Assembly: GCA_964016885.1 (NCBI GenBank)
Contig: OZ024740.1
Coordinates: 304,730,001-304,794,000 of the forward strand
Direction: 5' to 3'
DNA length: 64,000 bases
DNA from: Eledone cirrhosa
Taxonomy: Eukaryota
The notes beneath the pieces were generated by a model. The model saw nothing but the letters and a program-made list of their open reading frames with translations, was not told the DNA's origin and ran no database searches. Positions 1 through 10,913 of the stretch are shown piece after piece (position 1 is the stretch's first letter; each line of letters starts with the position of its first letter). A program made the translations under genes and the position numbers.

Positions 1-3000
1 TGCGCATGCGCACTTCGAACCGGTCTTCGCGCATGCACAGTACGGACCGGTCTTCGTGCATGCGCAGTATGGACTAGCCTTCGCGCATGCGCATTACGGA
101 CCAGCTTTCGCGCATGCGCAGTACAGACCAGCTTTCGCGCATGCACAGTATGGATCAGCCTTTGCGCATGCGCAGTTCGGACCAACCTTTGCGCATGCAC
201 ACTTCGGACTGGCCTTCGCGCACGCGCACTTCGGAGCAGACTTTGCGCATGTGCACTCCGGACCAGCCTACGCGCATGCACAGTACAAAACCAGCCTTCG
301 CGCATGCGCAGTAAAGACTAGCTTTCGTGCATGCGCAGTTCTGATCAGCCTTTGCACATGCGCACTTCGGACCAACCTTCGCTTATGCACACTTCATTCT
401 GGCCTTCGTGCATGCGCACTTCGGAGCAGACTGCGCATGCGCACTCTGGACAAGCCTTCGCGCATGCGCATTACAAACCAGCCTTCGTGCATGTGCAGTA
501 CGGACGAGCCTTTGAGCGAGCATTCACAGTACGAACCTTTCTTCGCGCATGCGCAGTACAGACCAGCTTTGCGCATGCGCAGTAAGGACAAGCCTTCATG
601 CATGTCCACTTCGAACCAGTTTTGCGAATGCGCAATTCGGACCAGACTTCGCGCATGCACACTTCGGACTGGCCTTCACGCACGCGCATTTCGGAGCAGA
701 CTTTGCGCATGTGCATTCCGGACCAGCCTACGCGCATGCACAGTACAAAACCAGCCTTCGTGCATGCGCAGTACGGACGAGCTTCGCGCATGCGCATTAG
801 GACCTTCCTTCGCGCATGCGCAGTACGGACTAGCTTTGCGCATATGCAGTAAGGACCAGCCTTCGCGCATGTGCTCTTTGGACTAGTTTCGCGAATGCGC
901 ACTTCAGACCAGACTTCGCGCATGCGCACTTCGGACCAAACTTCGCGCATGCGCACTTCGAACCGGCCTTCGCGCATGCACAGTACGGACCAGCCTTCGC
1001 AAATGCGCAGTAAAGACTAGCTTTCGTGCATGCGCAGTACTGATCAGCCTTTGCACATGCGCACTTCGAACCAAACTTGCGCATGCGCACTACGGACCAA
1101 CCTTCGCTTATGCACACTTCATTCTGGCCTTCGTGCATGCGCACTTCGGAGCAGATGCGCATGTACACTCCGGACCAGCCTTCGTGCATGTGCAGTACGC
1201 AAGAGCCTTTGAGCATGCACAGTACGAACCTTTCTTCGCGCATGCGCAGTACAGACCAGCTTTGCGCATGCGCAGTAAGGACAAGCCTTCACGCTTGTCC
1301 TCTTCGGACCAGTTTTGCGAATGCGCACATCGGGCCGGACTTCGCGCATGCGCACTTCGGACCAGACTTCGCTCATGCGAACATCGGACCAGACTTTGTG
1401 CATGCGCACCTCGGACCAGATTTCACGCATGCGCACTTCGGACCAGACTTAACGCATGCCCAGTACGGACCAGCCTTCACGCATGCGCAGTACGGACCAG
1501 CCTTCGCGCATGCGCAGTACGGACCAGCCTTCGTGCATGCGCAGTATGGACCAGCCTTCGCGCATGCGCACTTCGGATCAGACTTCGCGCATGCACACTT
1601 CGGACCGGCTTTCGCACATGCACACATTGGACACAACTTCGCGCATGCGCACTTCGAACCGGTCTTCAGCATGAACAGTACGGACCGGCCTTCGCGCATG
1701 CGCAGTATGGACTTGCCTTCGCGCATGCGCATTACGGACCAGTTTTCGCGCATGCGCAGTACAGACCAGCTTTCGCGCATGCGCAGTATGGATCAGCCTT
1801 TGCGCATGCACACTTCGGACCAACCTTTACGCATGCGCAATTCGGACCAACCTTCGCGTATGCACACTTCGGACTGGCCTTCGCGCACGCGCACTCGGAG
1901 CAGACTTTGCGCATGTGCACTCCGGACCAGCCTACGCGCATGCACAGTACAAAACCAGCCTTCGCGCATGCGCAGTACAGACTAGCTTTCGTGCATGCGC
2001 AGTTCTGATCAGCCTTTGCACATGCGCACTTCGGACCAACCTTCGCTTATGCACACTTCATTCTGGCCTTCGTGCATGCGCACTTCGGAGCAGACTGCGC
2101 ATGTGCACTCTGGACCAGCCTTCGCGCATGCGCATTACAAACAAGACTTCGTACATGTGCAGTACGGGCGAGCCTTTGAGCTTGCACAGTACGAACCTTT
2201 CTTCGCGCATGCGCAGTACAGACCAGCTTTGCGCATGCGCAGTAAGGACAAGCCTTCACGCATGTCCACTTCAGACCAGTTTTGCGAATGCACACTTCGG
2301 ACCAGACTTCGCTCATGCGCACATCGGACCAGACTTCGCGCATGCGCACTTCGGATCAGACTTCGCGCATGCACAATTCGGACCGGCTTTCGCACATGCA
2401 CACATCGGACCAAACTTCGCGCATGTGCACTTCGAACCGGCCTTCGCGCATGCACAGTACGGACCGGTCTTCGCGCATGCGCAGTATGGATTTACCATCG
2501 CGCATGCGCATTACCGGCCAGCTTTCGCGCATGCGCAGTACAGACCAGCTTTCGCGCATGCGCAGTATGGATCAGCCTTTGCGCATGCGCACTTCGGACC
2601 AACCTTTGCACATGCGCAATTCGGACCAACCTTCGCGTATGCACACTTCGGACTGGCCTTCACGCACGCGCACTTCGGAGCTGACTTAGCGCATGTGCAC
2701 TCCGGACCAGCCTACGCGCATGCACTCCGGACCAGCCTACGCGCATGCACAGTACAAAACCAGCCTTCATGCATGCGCAGTACGGACCAGACTTCGCGCA
2801 TGCGCACTTCGAACCGGCATTCGCGCATGCACAGTACGGACGGGTCTTCGCGCATGCGCAGTATGGACTTGCCTTCGCGCATGCGCAGTACGGACCAGCC
2901 TTCGCGCATGCGCAGTACTGACCAGCTTTCGCGCATGCGCAGTACGGATCAGTCTTTGCGCATGTACATTTCCGACCAACCTTTGCGCATGCGCAATTCG

Positions 3001-5198
3001 GACCAACCTTCGCGTATGCATACTTCGAACTCGCCTTCGCGCATGCGCACTTCGGAGCAGACTTTGCGCATGTGCACTCCGGACCAGCCTACACGCATAC
3101 GCAGTACAAAACAAGACTTCGTGCATACGCAGTACGGACGAGCCTTCGCGCATGCGCAGTAGGACCTTCCTTCGCGCATGAGCAGTATGGACTAGCTTAG
3201 CGCATGCGCACTTCGGACCAGACTTCGCGCATGCGCATTCGGTCCCTTCGCGCATGCGCACTTCGAACCAGCTTTCGCGCATGCACAGTACGGACCGGTG
3301 TTCGCGCATGTGCAGTATGGACTTGCCTTCGCGCATGCGCAGTACGAACCAGCTTTCGCGCTTGCGCAGTACGGCTCAGCCTTTGTGCATGCGCACTTCG
3401 GACCAACTTTTGCGCATGCGCACTTCGGACCAACCTTCGCGTATGCACACTTCGGACTGGCCTTCGCGCATGCGCACTTCGGAGCAGACTCTTCGCATGT
3501 GCACTCCGGACCAACCTACGCGCAGGCGCAGTACAAAACTAGCCTTCGTGGATGCGCAGTACGGACGAGCCTTCGCGCATGTTCAGTACGGACTAGCTTT
3601 GCGCATGCGCAGTAAGGATCAGCTCTAGCGCATGTGCTCTTTGGAACAGTTTCGCGTATGCGCACCTCGGACCAGACTTCGCGCATGTGCACTTCGGTCC
3701 CTCCGCGCATGCGCACTTCGGAACAGATTCGGGCATGCGCAGTACGGACCTACTTCGCGTATGCGCAAGACGTACCAGCCTTCGCGCATGCACAGTACGG
3801 ACCAGCCTTCGTGCATGCACACTTTTGTCCAGTCTTTGCGCATGCGCAGTTCGAACCGGCCTTCGCCCATGCATATACGGACCGGCCTTTCGCGCATGCG
3901 CAGTATGGACTTGCCTTCGCGCATGCGCAGTACGGACCAGCTTTCGCGCATGCGCTGTACAGACCAGCTTTCGCGCATGCGCAGTACGGATCCTTTCAGC
4001 ATGCGAACTTCAGATCAACCTTCGCGCATGCGCACATCGGACCAATCTTCGCGCATGCACACTTCTGTTGGCCTTCGCGCATGCGCACTTCGGAGCCGAC
4101 TTTTCGCATGTGTACTCCGGACCAGCCTTCGCGCATGCGCAGTACAAACTAGCCTTCGTGCATGCGCAGTACGGACCTTCCTTCGCGCATGCGCAGTAAT
4201 TACCAGCCTTCGCGCATGCGCGCTCTGGACCAGGTTTGCGAATACGCACTTGGACCAGACTTCGCTCATGCGCACCTCGGACCAGACTTCGCGCAACGCA
4301 CTTCTGACCAGCCTTCGCGCATGCGCACTTCGGACCAGACTTCGCACCTGCCCAATACAGACCAGCCTTCGCGCATGCGCACTTTGGACCAGAGTTCGCG
4401 CATGCGCACTTCGGATCAGACTTCGCGCATGCGCACTTCGGACCAATCTTCGGGCATGCGCACTTCGGACCAGACTTTGCGCATGCGCACTTCGGTCCCT
4501 CCTTCGAGCATGTGCACTTCGGACAAGACTTCGCGCATGCACAGTACGGACCAGGCTTCGCGCACTTCTGACCAGACTTCGCGCATGCGCACTTCGGATC
4601 AGACTTCGCACCTGCCCAATACAGACCAGCCTTCGCGCATGCGCATAGGGACCAATCCTCGCGTATGCGCAGTACGGAACAGCCTTTGCGCATGAGCAGT
4701 ACGGTCCAGCCTTCGCGCATGCGCACTTCGGACCAGAGTTCGCGCATGCACACTTCGGATCAGACTTCGCGCATGCGCACTTCGGACCAATCTTCGGGCA
4801 TGCGCACTTCGGACCAGACTTTGCGCATGCGCACTTCGGTCCCTCCTTTGAGCATGCGCACTTCGGACAAGACTTCGCGCATGAACAGTACGGACCAGAC
4901 TTCGCGCATGCGCACTTCGGATCAGACTTCGCGCATGTGCACTTTGGACCAGACTTCGCCTATATATATGTCTATGTATGAATAGATATATTTATGTGTG
5001 TGAGTGTGTGTTTCCGTTAGATGTATTATTGCATTGCATGAATTATAAAGAATTTGCAAGTTACCCTTTGTGCATGCGCAGTACGGAGGAGCCTTTGCGC
5101 ATGCGCAGTACGGACCACCCTTCGCACTTCGGACCAGACTTCGCGCATATGCGCTTCGGATCAGACTTCGCGCATGCGCACTTCGGACCAGACTTCGC
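1..5198. repeat. GC/CpG-rich 27-bp satellite array (consensus ~TTCGCGCATGCGCAGTACGGACCAGCC / TTCGCGCATGCGCACTTCGGACCAGAC), diverged, with irregular higher-order blocks
   Basis: Tandem ~27-bp units from 1 to ~4958 plus a short block at ~5066-5198. Diagnostic variant blocks recur, e.g. cttcgcttatgcacacttcattctgg at ~378, ~1102 and ~2041. The 9-codon unit explains the AHAQYGPAF-type ORFs. Confidence 0.95.
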
Positions 5199-5252
5199 TT
5201 ATATATATATGTCTATGTATGAATAGATATTTGTATGTGTGTGTGTGTGTGT

Positions 5253-5395
5253 GTGTCCGTTAGATGTATTATTGCATTTCATCTAATTACGAAGCATTTG
5301 CAAGTTACTTCACCTGGGGAGGATTAATAATAGCTTCACTAACTTCGGAAGACGATTTGTGTGTGGTGTGGTATATATGTGTGTGTGTGTATATA
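5253..5395 (+). repeat. ~140-bp satellite-associated module (copies at 62832-62960 and partial at ~5013-5066)
   Basis: gtccgttagatgtattattgcatttc...ggggaggattaataatagcttcactaac...gatttgtgtgtggtgtggtat aligns by eye with 62832-62960. Confidence 0.85.
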
Positions 5396-5579
5396 TATAT
5401 GTGTGTGTGTCTGCATCAGACACAATTTATATGCTATTACATTTATATATATCTAATCAATGGGCGTACAACAGTGCTTAATCTAAACTATAATAAAGTA
5501 AGAAGCGTGGGACTGCGTTTGGTTTATAATGTTTTATCCCCTTAGTAAAATAAGTTGGATTACTTTGAATAAATAATAA

Positions 5580-5761
5580 CTGTTTCTACTTTTGGCACAA
5601 GGCCAGCAATTACCCAGTGCATTACTGGTACTTTATTTTATCGACCCGGTAAGGATGAAAGGCAAAGTCAACCTCGGCGGGATTTGAACTCAGATCGTAA
5701 AGGGACGTAACTATGCTGGAAAGCATGGCGTCCGACCCTCTACCGATACTGCCAATCCACC
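5580..5761 (-). mobile_element. tRNA-derived SINE with 16-bp target-site duplication
   Basis: Minus strand has A box TGGCAGTATCGG, B box GAGTTCAAATCC and body gcctttcatcct..gggtcgataaaataaagtaccag. Flanked by tttgaataaataataa at 5564-5579 and 5762-5777. Confidence 0.85.
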
Positions 5762-6384
5762 TTTGAATAAATAATAATGAATGAATATTACATAATTTAT
5801 TTACTAAATTTCGTGGCTGTTCATTAAATATATTTTATTACTTATTTAAAGATTCACTTCTTTAAAATTTTCAAATGTCAACACTTCCGGTTAGCGATCG
5901 TTTAAATAAATATTCATATATTTCTGTCACTAATTTTCTCCTAATGCAGTTTATATATAATATCGTCTTTTTTTAATGTATCATGGATCACGATACTGAT
6001 TACATAAGACAGTGTCACACAGTCTTCGTTCAATTTCTGTGTATATTGTCAATTACGATTTTATTTGATCATATCTACATGCATATATACTTGCGTATAA
6101 TATCAATATACACACTACACATGCTAGCAGATATATAATATCGTCTATCTTTAATGTATCATGGATTACGTTACTGATTACAGAAGATAGTGTTACACAG
6201 TCTTCGTTCAATTTCTGTATATATTGTCAATTACGGTTTTATTTGATCCGAACGCTATCATGACTGTATGTGTGTGTTTGTGTAAATGTATATATGTGAA
6301 TGTATGTATGTTTGTGTGAAAGTATTTGTGAATGTATGTGTATTTGTGTGAATTATGTCCGTTAGTGTGTATTTTTTATAATAG

Positions 6385-6510
6385 TTTCTCGATCCGTATC
6401 TCTGGACCCTGGAATCGGCTTCCAGAAGAAGTAGTCAACGCGTCACCCACGCAACAATTCAAGGCGAAATTGGACAGGTGTTGGACCACTGTGTTTCGGA
6501 CTGTGTAAAA
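6385..6510 (+). mobile_element. CR1/L2-type LINE ORF2 extreme C-terminal fragment
   Basis: Translates FSIRISGPWNRLPEEVVNASPTQQFKAKLDRCW, matching the WNxLPxxVVxAxxxxxFKxxLD CR1 tail motif. Confidence 0.7.
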
Positions 6511-7440
6511 GAAGTCAATTTTAGATTATTTATTTTTACGAAATTATTTGTTTACGAAATTTAGCACATAAATTATGTAATATTCATTCATTATTTTACG
6601 GGGTCGATAAAATAAAGTACCAGTAATGTACTGGGTAATTGCTGGCCTTGTGCCTAAAATAGAAACAATTATTTATTCGAAGTAATCCAACTTATTTTAC
6701 TAACTGTATTAAAAGAAATAAACCGTACGCAGTCCCGCAGCCCTTTCTTTATTATAGTTTAGATTGTGACAAAATAGTGAGATATACTTCAGATTTAGAA
6801 TGAAAATTGCATTTAAATATACGTAAATAAACAAACAAGGGGGAGAACTTTGATTATTTATATTTAAGAAAAAATTATATTATAATTATAGGGTTTATGA
6901 ATAGTTCAGGGGAGAAGAATTTATATTATATGGGTAATATAGAAAACCGATATGCATTTTATATATTCATTGTAGATATATAAATATGTATAACTTATTA
7001 TTTATATTAAATTTATCTAGATACAATGATTTGTTAGGTGAGAAAATATTACGTAAGGGTTATAACAGATAAATCATATAAGCATATAGGAGAAGGGAGA
7101 ATGTTTAACATCTGTTTTCTTATAAATTATAATTGAAATAGAGTATAAGGAGTAATGGAAGGTAGAATAAATATGTGATTGGAAAAATAAATGGTTGAGA
7201 GGAGGTATATAATATATAAAATATATATATATATATATAAATATATATATATATAAAAATATATATATATTAAAAAAATATATATATATATTCATTTATA
7301 TTATGGCTAAAAAGTGAGTCGGTCTTGTGACTCTGGAGTTTCACCTGTTTATCACAGGGTCATCAGACAAGAACACAGATCATCATCATCATTTGTTTTA
7401 CGTCCATTTCTCCATGCTGGCATGGGTTAGAGTTGTCCTG

Positions 7441-7473
<33 letters not shown>

Positions 7474-7789
7474 TGTCGAACCAAATTGCCATACAGGGTG
7501 AACAAAGTGATTTTTGTCGTGGCAGCAGCATTATAGGAGGGGGAGAGTAGATTTAGAGCATGTCTAGCTATCCATGCTTGTATACATTGGTTGACATGAC
7601 AGGTGAGGTATCTCAGGAGTCTGGAAGGTGGGAAGGGGAGGGAGTTTACAAATTTTACATGGATCAGGTGAGTGGGATATTTAGTTGATAAGGGCAAGGG
7701 TATTAAGACTACGAAGGGTGAATGAGGTAGGGGGTAGTGCAGTACTGGATAACGCCAGAGATCTCGACCGTGTGTCGTTTCCTTTGAGA

Positions 7790-8405
7790 GCTTTGTGCAA
7801 GGTCAGCTTTTATCACTTAATTTTAAGTTTTCGTAGGTCTTCCTCTTCCATAGTTTCTATCAACTTTGAGCACCATGCACCTCTTTATACAGCTACCATC
7901 CTCCATATGCATAATATGTCCATACCACTGCAATCTCCTCTCCTGCACACTGCATCCAATCCCTCTTATGCCCAGTTTCTCTCTGTGTTCATTGATACTT
8001 CATCATTCATGCACACTACTACTACACATCCATCGAAACATGGAAGCTTCATTTCTTTCCAATCTTTTTAGGACCTCTGCACATATTGCCGAGGTCTCAC
8101 TTCCATGCAACATTGCTGTTCATACACAAGCATCATGCTTGCTCATACAGAACTGATTTTGACTTGGTTTCTATGGCTGGATGCCCTTCCTGACACCAAC
8201 CACATTTACAGTGTGGACTGGGCACTTTTTGTTGTGATGCCTATACAACCACTTTACAGTGTTGACTGGGAGATTTTTGTTGTGGCATCTACAAGACCAC
8301 TACAGTGTTGACTGGGAGCTTTTTGTCATGTCACCTGCATGACCACTTTACAGTGTGGACCGGGCACTTTTTGTTATGACACCTACACAACTACTTTACA
8401 GTGTT
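7790..8405 (-). mobile_element. Decayed RTE LINE 3' fragment(s) with ~43-bp 3'-UTR tandem repeats
   Basis: Minus strand encodes degenerate [25 protein letters not shown]. The ccactttacagtgtggactgggcac-type repeats at ~8195-8405 also occur in other RTE tails in this window. Confidence 0.65.
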
Positions 8406-8957
8406 GTAGTGACCTACATTCCACGGGCTCACATACATTCTCTGTGCGTGATTTGGCTCAGCTCAGCCAATCAGCGCCAGTAGAAGAGAATGTATCTCTA
8501 CGCGCCCTGAGGGAAAAATTCCCGCTTTGATTTGAGAAATCTCTCTCGCATCCTGACTGTAAAAAGGTAAGCAACTAACTTTCTTTCGTCGTGAAATCAC
8601 TAGCCAACATGTAACACAACAACTTAACGATGGCCTGGCAACACTTCAGCCAGTGAACCGTGCCTTCTGAAATCCTTAATTCGTTTGTTTTATTACTCTT
8701 GGCATGCCTGCTCTACTCAGCTCTACATAGCTCAACCTTGTTAGTAAATAATGTAAAACAAGCCAAAGTCGTTTTGATGTTCTTATCACATCTTTCTACA
8801 GAACTGGTCACTCGTGACGCTACTATAATAACTGTTAAAGTGTCATGCACTCCTCCATCTAAAGATATTGAAGTTGAACAATAATGACAGTGATCTCAAC
8901 ACTTCCAGAGAACCTGCAAATTATTGTATTTAAGGGATTTTGTGTTTATTGATACAG

Positions 8958-9069
8958 AAACTAAATGGAAGCACTACAGTATCTGCAACTATGCTGATTG
9001 CACACAAAGCTGGGATTTCATTATTTGTTACTGGTGGTGTTGGTGGAGTTCACAGAGGAGCTGAAACAA
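8958..9069 (+). CDS. psuG: Exon (first seen): PsuG domain [37 protein letters not shown]
   Basis: tacag| acceptor, |gtaaga donor; conserved GGxGGVHRG motif. Confidence 0.92.
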
Positions 9070-10820
9070 GTAAGATGTTTATCACTTCAATATATTTATT
9101 TAAGTACAAATAGAGAACATACTGGACAATGGCAAAATAACAACAGATTACTGTAGCATTCAAAATGAAAAACAATGGCAATACTTTCTTTTTTCTTTGT
9201 ACCATCAGGTCAGCAATGATACCTGTTGGCTTCTGGAGTTTTCAGAGGATACAAAACTGGTACTCCAATGCCTTCCTTCAAATATATTTTAAATAATTGG
9301 CCAGACCCTCCTCATAACAGTATCACAAAGGGCTCCACTATGAGTAAAGCACCTCAAATTTGTCACTGTCCTCATTATCAACATTCTCCTTGCTGGCTGT
9401 ACATCTATACATGGCTTGCATGGCCTTCACAAGCAATTTGTTTATACTTAACTTCCTTAATGCAAACTAGATTACAGAGTGAGGGAGTCCATCAGTAGCC
9501 TTCTAAAGAGCAACAGAATCCAGATTCTTAGCTAAGTATTTCTCCTATAGAGGAGCATCATGATAATACCATGAAGCCAAACTATATTTATCTCATATAT
9601 ATATACATATATCATCATCATCATCATCATCATCAACGTTTAACGTCCGTGTTCCACGCTTGCATGGGTTTGGACGGGGGTAGTCCCACTTGAGGCAAGA
9701 GTGATTGTCTTGCTCGCATAGGACTGTCTGGCAGGTTTTCTACAGTTGGATGCCCTTCCTAACACCAACCACATTTACAGTGTGGGTCTGGGAGGTTTTT
9801 ACCGTGTTGCCTACACGGCCACATTACAGCGTGGACTGTGTGTTTTTTTGTCGTGACACCTACACGATCTCATTTGTTTCGGCCTCGATGGCGCGGCACC
9901 AACATAACTTTACATAGAACGGGGTGGTGTGGATGGGGTGGGGGCGGGGGTGGTGGGACGGGGTGTATTTTGTTAGAGATGCCTACTGGCTGGAGTAGGT
10001 TTTACTATATATTTAGGTAAGGCGGGTCTTCTCTGTTACTGAGTACCGCCAAAGGTCTCGGTCCAGTGACATTGTCTTGGAGAGGTGTAAGTGTGTGATG
10101 TCGGAGTTTATCAGCTCGTCCCAGGTTTTTCTAGGTCTGCCTATTCCGTGACTACCGTCTATCTTTATTGCCCTGCACTTTGTTATACAGCTATCGACTT
10201 TCATGCGCATCACGTGTCCATACCAACGTAGCCTTCTCTCGAGTAAACAACATCTGATCCCTCTTATCTCTAATTTTTTCCTTAGTTCGTTTATGCTTTG
10301 CCGTTCACGTATATTACTGTTACACATCCAGCGGAGCATGCAAGCTTCGTTCCTCTCTAGTCTGCGTATATCCTCTGCACACAATGCCCAGGTCTCACTG
10401 CCATGCAGCATTGCTGTTCGTATGCAGGCATCGTACAACCTGCCTTTCATTTTTAGTGAGAACCCTTTAGCAGCTAATAGTGGTATAAGCTCTCTGAACT
10501 TTTTCCAACCAGTTCTGACTCTAGCTACAGTACTTTCAGAGCACCCTCCCCCACTGCTGATTTTATCGCCCAGGTAACGGAAGCTGTCCACTATTTCTAT
10601 AGAACCCTCTGCGCAATTGAAAGAGCTAGTAGTTTGTGGGCACTTGCTGCTACTTATTGCACCAGAGCACCGGCCACATGTAAAATCTATGTTCTTAGTT
10701 AGCTTACCTGTGATCCCACTACATCTTTTATGCACCCATACTTTGCATTTAGGACATAAAATGGAGTTTCTACCTACGCCTTTCCTACACACCGAGCACG
10801 ACCATTTCCCAGAAGGGACC

Positions 10821-10913
<93 letters not shown>

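Larger units (their letters stand above)
5480..6765. repeat. ~170-bp imperfect inverted repeats (5480-5650 / 6598-6765) enclosing a direct duplication and a CR1 fragment
   Basis: The reverse complement of 5480-5650 matches 6598-6765. Internal direct repeat ~5953-6070 / ~6131-6249. Confidence 0.75.

Noticed and set aside
56-4985. Many long overlapping ORFs (up to 415 aa; AHAQYGPAF / MRTSDQPSR repeats)
   Set aside because: They arise on both strands and in all frames from a 27-bp (9-codon) stop-poor satellite; there is no splice or domain evidence.
5580-5761. tRNA-like A/B boxes here and at 20342, 22833, 24330, 34694 and 39842
   Set aside because: No cloverleaf; they continue into SINE bodies, and several have TSDs, so they are SINE heads rather than tRNA genes.
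8660-8884. ORF containing VKVS as a candidate for the missing upstream PsuG exon
   Set aside because: It lacks the SRRD motif and a suitable donor, and has no other PsuG similarity.
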